Shown here: positions 59,421-64,000 of the stretch, piece by piece
Layout: the number at the start of each line of letters is the position of its first letter
Position numbering within the stretch: position 1 is the first letter of the stretch
NCBI GenBank assembly: GCA_036172245.1
Contig: JAYWIR010000001.1
Span: 11,408,001-11,472,000, forward strand
Length of the DNA: 64,000 nt
DNA from: Raillietiella orientalis
Lineage: Eukaryota
Direction: 5' to 3'
Translations under genes and position numbers: made by a program
The notes under the pieces: generated by a model
Seen by the model: only the letters and a program-made list of their open reading frames with translations
The model's database searches: none
Told to the model about the DNA's origin: nothing

Positions 59421-61487
59421 CCCTTCCCCCATCAAAAAGAAAACTATAAAAAGCTTGAAGGAAAACAGGGAAAACAAAAAAACCCGAAAGAATTTTCATC
59501 ATCAGAAGCTGTGAAACCAATGACAAAGCAGTCCTTGGGGTGTCACCAGCTTCTCCATATTTTCGCCAGCATGCTTCCCTCTTCCTCCCCTCTTCAAGTC
59601 CATGATAAGATGGGGTTCCTGGGACCCTGTCTCCCTTCATCCAGAGCATGCGATGGTGAAGTCAGCAGTTTCTCTTGAGGACCCCGCTTTCGGGTCTCAG
59701 GATACCTGATACTCCAAGAACCGAAGCATCCAGACTTTTTCAATCCCAAGATGGTTTCCACGTACGCAAGTCTCAATGGACGTTGCACCGGAATCCTTCA
59801 GCGTAATGCCGTACCTGCGTAATTGTCTTCTGTGAGCCGCCCATGGATCCACCTTGAGGTCCACACCTGTGTAGGCACACAGAGTATGCGCCTTTGACCT
59901 ACGGAGATCTTCAAGGTGTGCATGTGTATCCTAAGAAAATCTCGTTGTTACATTTACCACGTGCTTACATGCACCGTTTGTGTGAGCCACATCGAAGACT
60001 CTCTTCCCCCTTCAGACAAGTTCGCTAAGATTCGCAGAATTTCGGAACATTCGATCTATCCTTCAGAAAGGATGCTGAAAGCATTCGAGAAACTTTTGGA
60101 AGAAGCAGGTCAGAATGTCGGTCTGCCAACCATTTTCTTTTTCCCATTTCTCGTCCACCTAGAACATGATGCGGATGGATTCGGAGTGGGCAAGAGCGCT
60201 GAAAATCATCTCGCTGGATGTAAACAAGAGAGAATCCTCAACTTGCATCTCAGTCCAATAATCCGAATTTGAAGATTGGAGTGCCGGGAATGATTTCCGA
60301 AAAGGGAAACCTCACATGAACCGTTAGATCCCTGCTATCATTTCGACCCCCAGATGATCAAATGTGAAAAAGCGGCATTGAAAGAATCGCTATGGAAGGA
60401 ACTTGAACTTCCCTTTCCTTAAAAAAAGAGATGAAAACCTCGGCTGCCTCGGAGTTCAGTTACAAAGAATTGTTCAATTTAGTCTACTTACGCTCATGTA
60501 AATGGCTCAGGGAATTTATCATGGAACACATTCACGACATATTCAGTTTTAGGCAAGTTCTCCCGACCTTGAATGAGCAGAGTCTACTTTTTGAACATCT
60601 CATGCTAGCATGTTTGAAGCCTAGATTCAGCCCATCAGTACCCACAGGCAGATGAGAAGGGATCTTCCCAGTATGATTTCAGTGATTCTGATACAGATTT
60701 ATGTTAGCAGCTCTGTTAACATTTCTCATTTGAATCTGTCCAGGCATCAGGTTAGTAGGGTAATTTTTCATCTGTAAGAAGAAATGAAAAAAACTGGCAA
60801 CTTTTTTTTGGAAAAGTTGAATTCAGATTTTCAGACATTTTTGAATTGCCGATAGTCTAAACAAGTAAATAAGTACGAATACCGGAAATGTATGATTTCC
60901 ATTTCGTTATAAAGCATGAAGAGAAGTTCGGACATTTAGTTAGCAGACAGAGTTGTGGCATATGTATGAAAATATGGCATTTCTTACTTACATTATCTTC
61001 CAAAGCTGCCGTGAACAGTTGAAAGAGTGGGAACTCCCTAAACATTCCGTTTACAAGAGAACATTCCGTTTGACCTGAATGACATGTAGCATCTCTGGAA
61101 GTGAAACCAAGAGGTTATGTGAACTTGGTAGCACAAATATAGGTGAAGCTTTATGTGTAGCTTCAGCTTGCAATCCATTATGTCTTTTGCCTTTTCCTGA
61201 TTGTCTGGAGCTCATTGCTCCAACAGAAATGAACTAGATGTAAGCATATAAGTACTCTCACGTCATTGTAATTTCTTGTTTACAGTGTTTCCTGGCGTCA
61301 TGCCGGTTTTTGGAATTCGTGCGTCTGGCGCGCACATGGCAACCCGGCTGGGAGCGGGGAATTGCGTCATCCGTGGTATGTGGTCCAAGAAAGTGGATTC
61401 TGTGGTTCCTGTCCATGTGGAATGATTATCGGCGGATGGATCAAAGATCACAGCTTTCCCGGATTGTAACTGGAGTGGTGATTATGA

Positions 61488-61554
61488 ATGCATTATCATG
61501 ATGTATTATCATGATAATGCATTATCATGATAATACATCAGATGCATTATCATG
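61488..61554. repeat. ATGCATTATCATG-unit repeat containing a perfect 42-bp palindrome (61499-61540)
   Basis: TGATGTATTATCATGATAATG|CATTATCATGATAATACATCA. Confidence 0.92.
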
Positions 61555-64000
61555 TAGTATGCCCATGTCGCCGAGATTTTACAGCACCGTTATTTCAAAC
61601 CTTTCAGTCGAACAAACCGATTGTGTAGTAAGATTGGATTATTAGTACCGTGCATTATAATAATAGTTGATTGATTTTGATATTGTCTGAAATTTGGAAT
61701 ATTCCAGTGGTTTCACAGAATGGCCTTCACATCCTTACAGAGGTTTTTTTCTCCTTTTTTTAAAAAAGAAATTGGTATGTTTAGAAATTTAAAAACAAAC
61801 AAACAAACAAACACAATTGCAGAATATCAATAATCTTCAACTGCAATGCATTGCATTTTGAAAGTTGGCATTCATTTTTAGAATACTATCCCCAAAAGAT
61901 TTCTAAACCTTTATTGTTGAATCCTTGTCTGCGGGTTGGACCTCTTTATGAAATGCTGGAAATACCTAAATTGAAAATTGACCATGAATAAAATGAAATC
62001 AAGTCAAAGTCATGTCACATTTGCTGTTGAGTGTGCAATAATTATGAACGTCCAGAACTACTGAGCAATTCTCATGGGTAAAATTATGTAGCAACATATA
62101 TATGTGGGAAATGTATTTTTTTGTTATTGTTTGCAAAACTGCTGTTACAGAGAAAATAATCTTTGTAATTACATAGATTCCCCTTTTTTTTCTTCTGGTG
62201 TATAGGGTGCATTGTATCCTGCAGCATTGTAAAATGGAAGGTGATTTTAATTACCTTAATGCAGCCCATCGTTCTTTCTCGTTTTATATTTGTGGAAAAT
62301 GTTATGGAAAATGCTATCATAACTGGCCATAATGTCTAATGGGTAAAACTGTTTTATTCAATATGTTTTTTCGTGAAATAATCAAGGGATGTACGAACTC
62401 AAGCAATAAACTGCTGGTTGATGTCAGGATTGAAACACTTTTTTGTGTGTTCACTTGTCTTGTCAGTTCATCAGTTTTGTTATATAGTGAGGGTATTATT
62501 AAAGCTACAAACTAAAGTTTCAGATGTTACTGTGTTTTCCTTTGGATAGATTCCATGAATTGAAAACTCGTAATCAAAAATATCAGGTATGTTTGAGAGG
62601 TGTGTCAATTCAAGAAAAAGAATAGTTTTGCACAAGCACTTTCTTTCAAAGCACTATCACACAGTTCCATTTCATGTTGGTTGATTGGTTAGTTATTGAC
62701 TGGAACTGTTAAGTAAGCACAGAGGCATTTCATTGTTTTCCACAGAATTTTGGAATGAATTATTCAGTAAGAAACATGTAGCATGGCAAAAACTTTTTGG
62801 CTGTAATCTTTATGGATTAAGAAACCCAAATTTGTCCGGTAGTTAGAGGGGTTTCTTGGGGAAACGTGCTTTCAAACATGCATTTCACTGAATGCTCTCC
62901 CATTTCCATCCAGATGTTGATGCTGTTTGGCAATTGAGAACAAAGTGGGAAATAAGACTGCAAAATTTTCGTATTTGTGTGGTGGTTTCTGCAGTAGTTT
63001 TCTGTAGGAGTTGTGTTTCTTACGAGTATGTCCTTAAGTTGCATCTCATTGAAGGTTGAAGCACTCACCTTTCTCTTCACAACAGTTAATTTGCAAATGA
63101 CGAAGATTTCTGCACAGTCGCAACCATGGTGAGCCTGTGAAAGTGGCCTGCTAGAGCAAAACCATTCCTAATTGCTAACCACACATAACAGCAGTTTCTC
63201 CATGTTGCCAGAGAGTTTTTCAGTGTCCAGCTCGTCAGTCCACATTAAGTGTCCACATAAAGGCGACATAGTTAGTGCAAGCTCTGTACTGTGCACTACC
63301 CTCTGGAAAACTTTTGATGATTCCTAGTAGCACTTAAATGAGGGTCTGCCACAAGGTGCAGCGTGCATCGATTTTCCAGTTACAAATTCAACAGAGAAAT
63401 GCAATAAAACAGTTTAGGACATGACAGTAAACTGTCAGTTTAACATGTGCTAAACGACTTGGTTAGCATTGAATGCTATGGAAATACCAGAGTGAACATA
63501 TGCTGGAAGATAAACAAATATTGCAGATCTTTTTGGTTTCGAGTTTACGTTTTAAAAATTACAGAAATTGGCTGTAGTTTCTGATATTCTTTGTTAATGG
63601 GTTATTTAAAATATTAACGCATTAATTGTGAAATTAAGTGTTGATGCTTGTACTCCCGCCACATCAAGGAAAAGCACTTATTTGGTTCCCACTGGAATCA
63701 TTTTTTAAACCGTTCGTTATGTTTTTCGCTTAGTTTGCACTGTCTGTTATTTTTCGACATTTGATATTCATTATAAGAAGCTCATGAGAGCTGCATTCTT
63801 TCCATGCCCCTTGTGTACATCAAAATCATGATATTTTGGTGTACATAGGGATTGAAAACATCTTACATCTGTGAAGCAGGAATTGAGGATTGATTTTTCT
63901 GTGGGATAATGCTCCGTTTCTCTGCTAAACACGTCAAGGAGCCAGAAAGCTTCACCAGGAAAATAGTTGTAGGGGCCAGTTTTTAAGACCCATCTGCTGT

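Noticed and set aside
59916-61501. Short + strand ORFs as a gene or pseudogene
   Set aside because: Some segments look protein-like, but I recognised no family and found no consistent splice model; needs BLASTX.

Overview
Eukaryotic genomic DNA, most likely arthropod (inferred from arthropod-type Legless blocks). The centre holds one confidently identified gene, a BCL9/legless Wnt-beta-catenin co-activator on the + strand. Its CDS spans 22859-31305 in 9 coding exons (about 1288 aa) with HD1, HD2 and HD3 all visible, and six of its eight introns are only 44-58 nt. The atypical 388-nt intron just before HD2 contains a frame-preserving candidate cassette exon encoding a full C2H2 zinc finger, a domain I do not know from BCL9/Legless proteins. 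The gene sits in an AT-rich island (~5600-33000) flanked by two GC-rich clusters of decayed non-LTR retrotransposons (1-~5100 and ~35700-59500). In the right cluster, one L1/Tx1-like family (CCHC ORF1, APE endonuclease, RT, C-terminal zinc finger) occurs as many fragments, several head-to-tail. These copies share a structured 3' end with no poly(A) tail and a long EN-RT linker carrying tRNA B-box-like motifs. No rRNA, intact tRNA or CRISPR array was seen. All motif calls are by eye; no searches were run, and TE boundaries are approximate.
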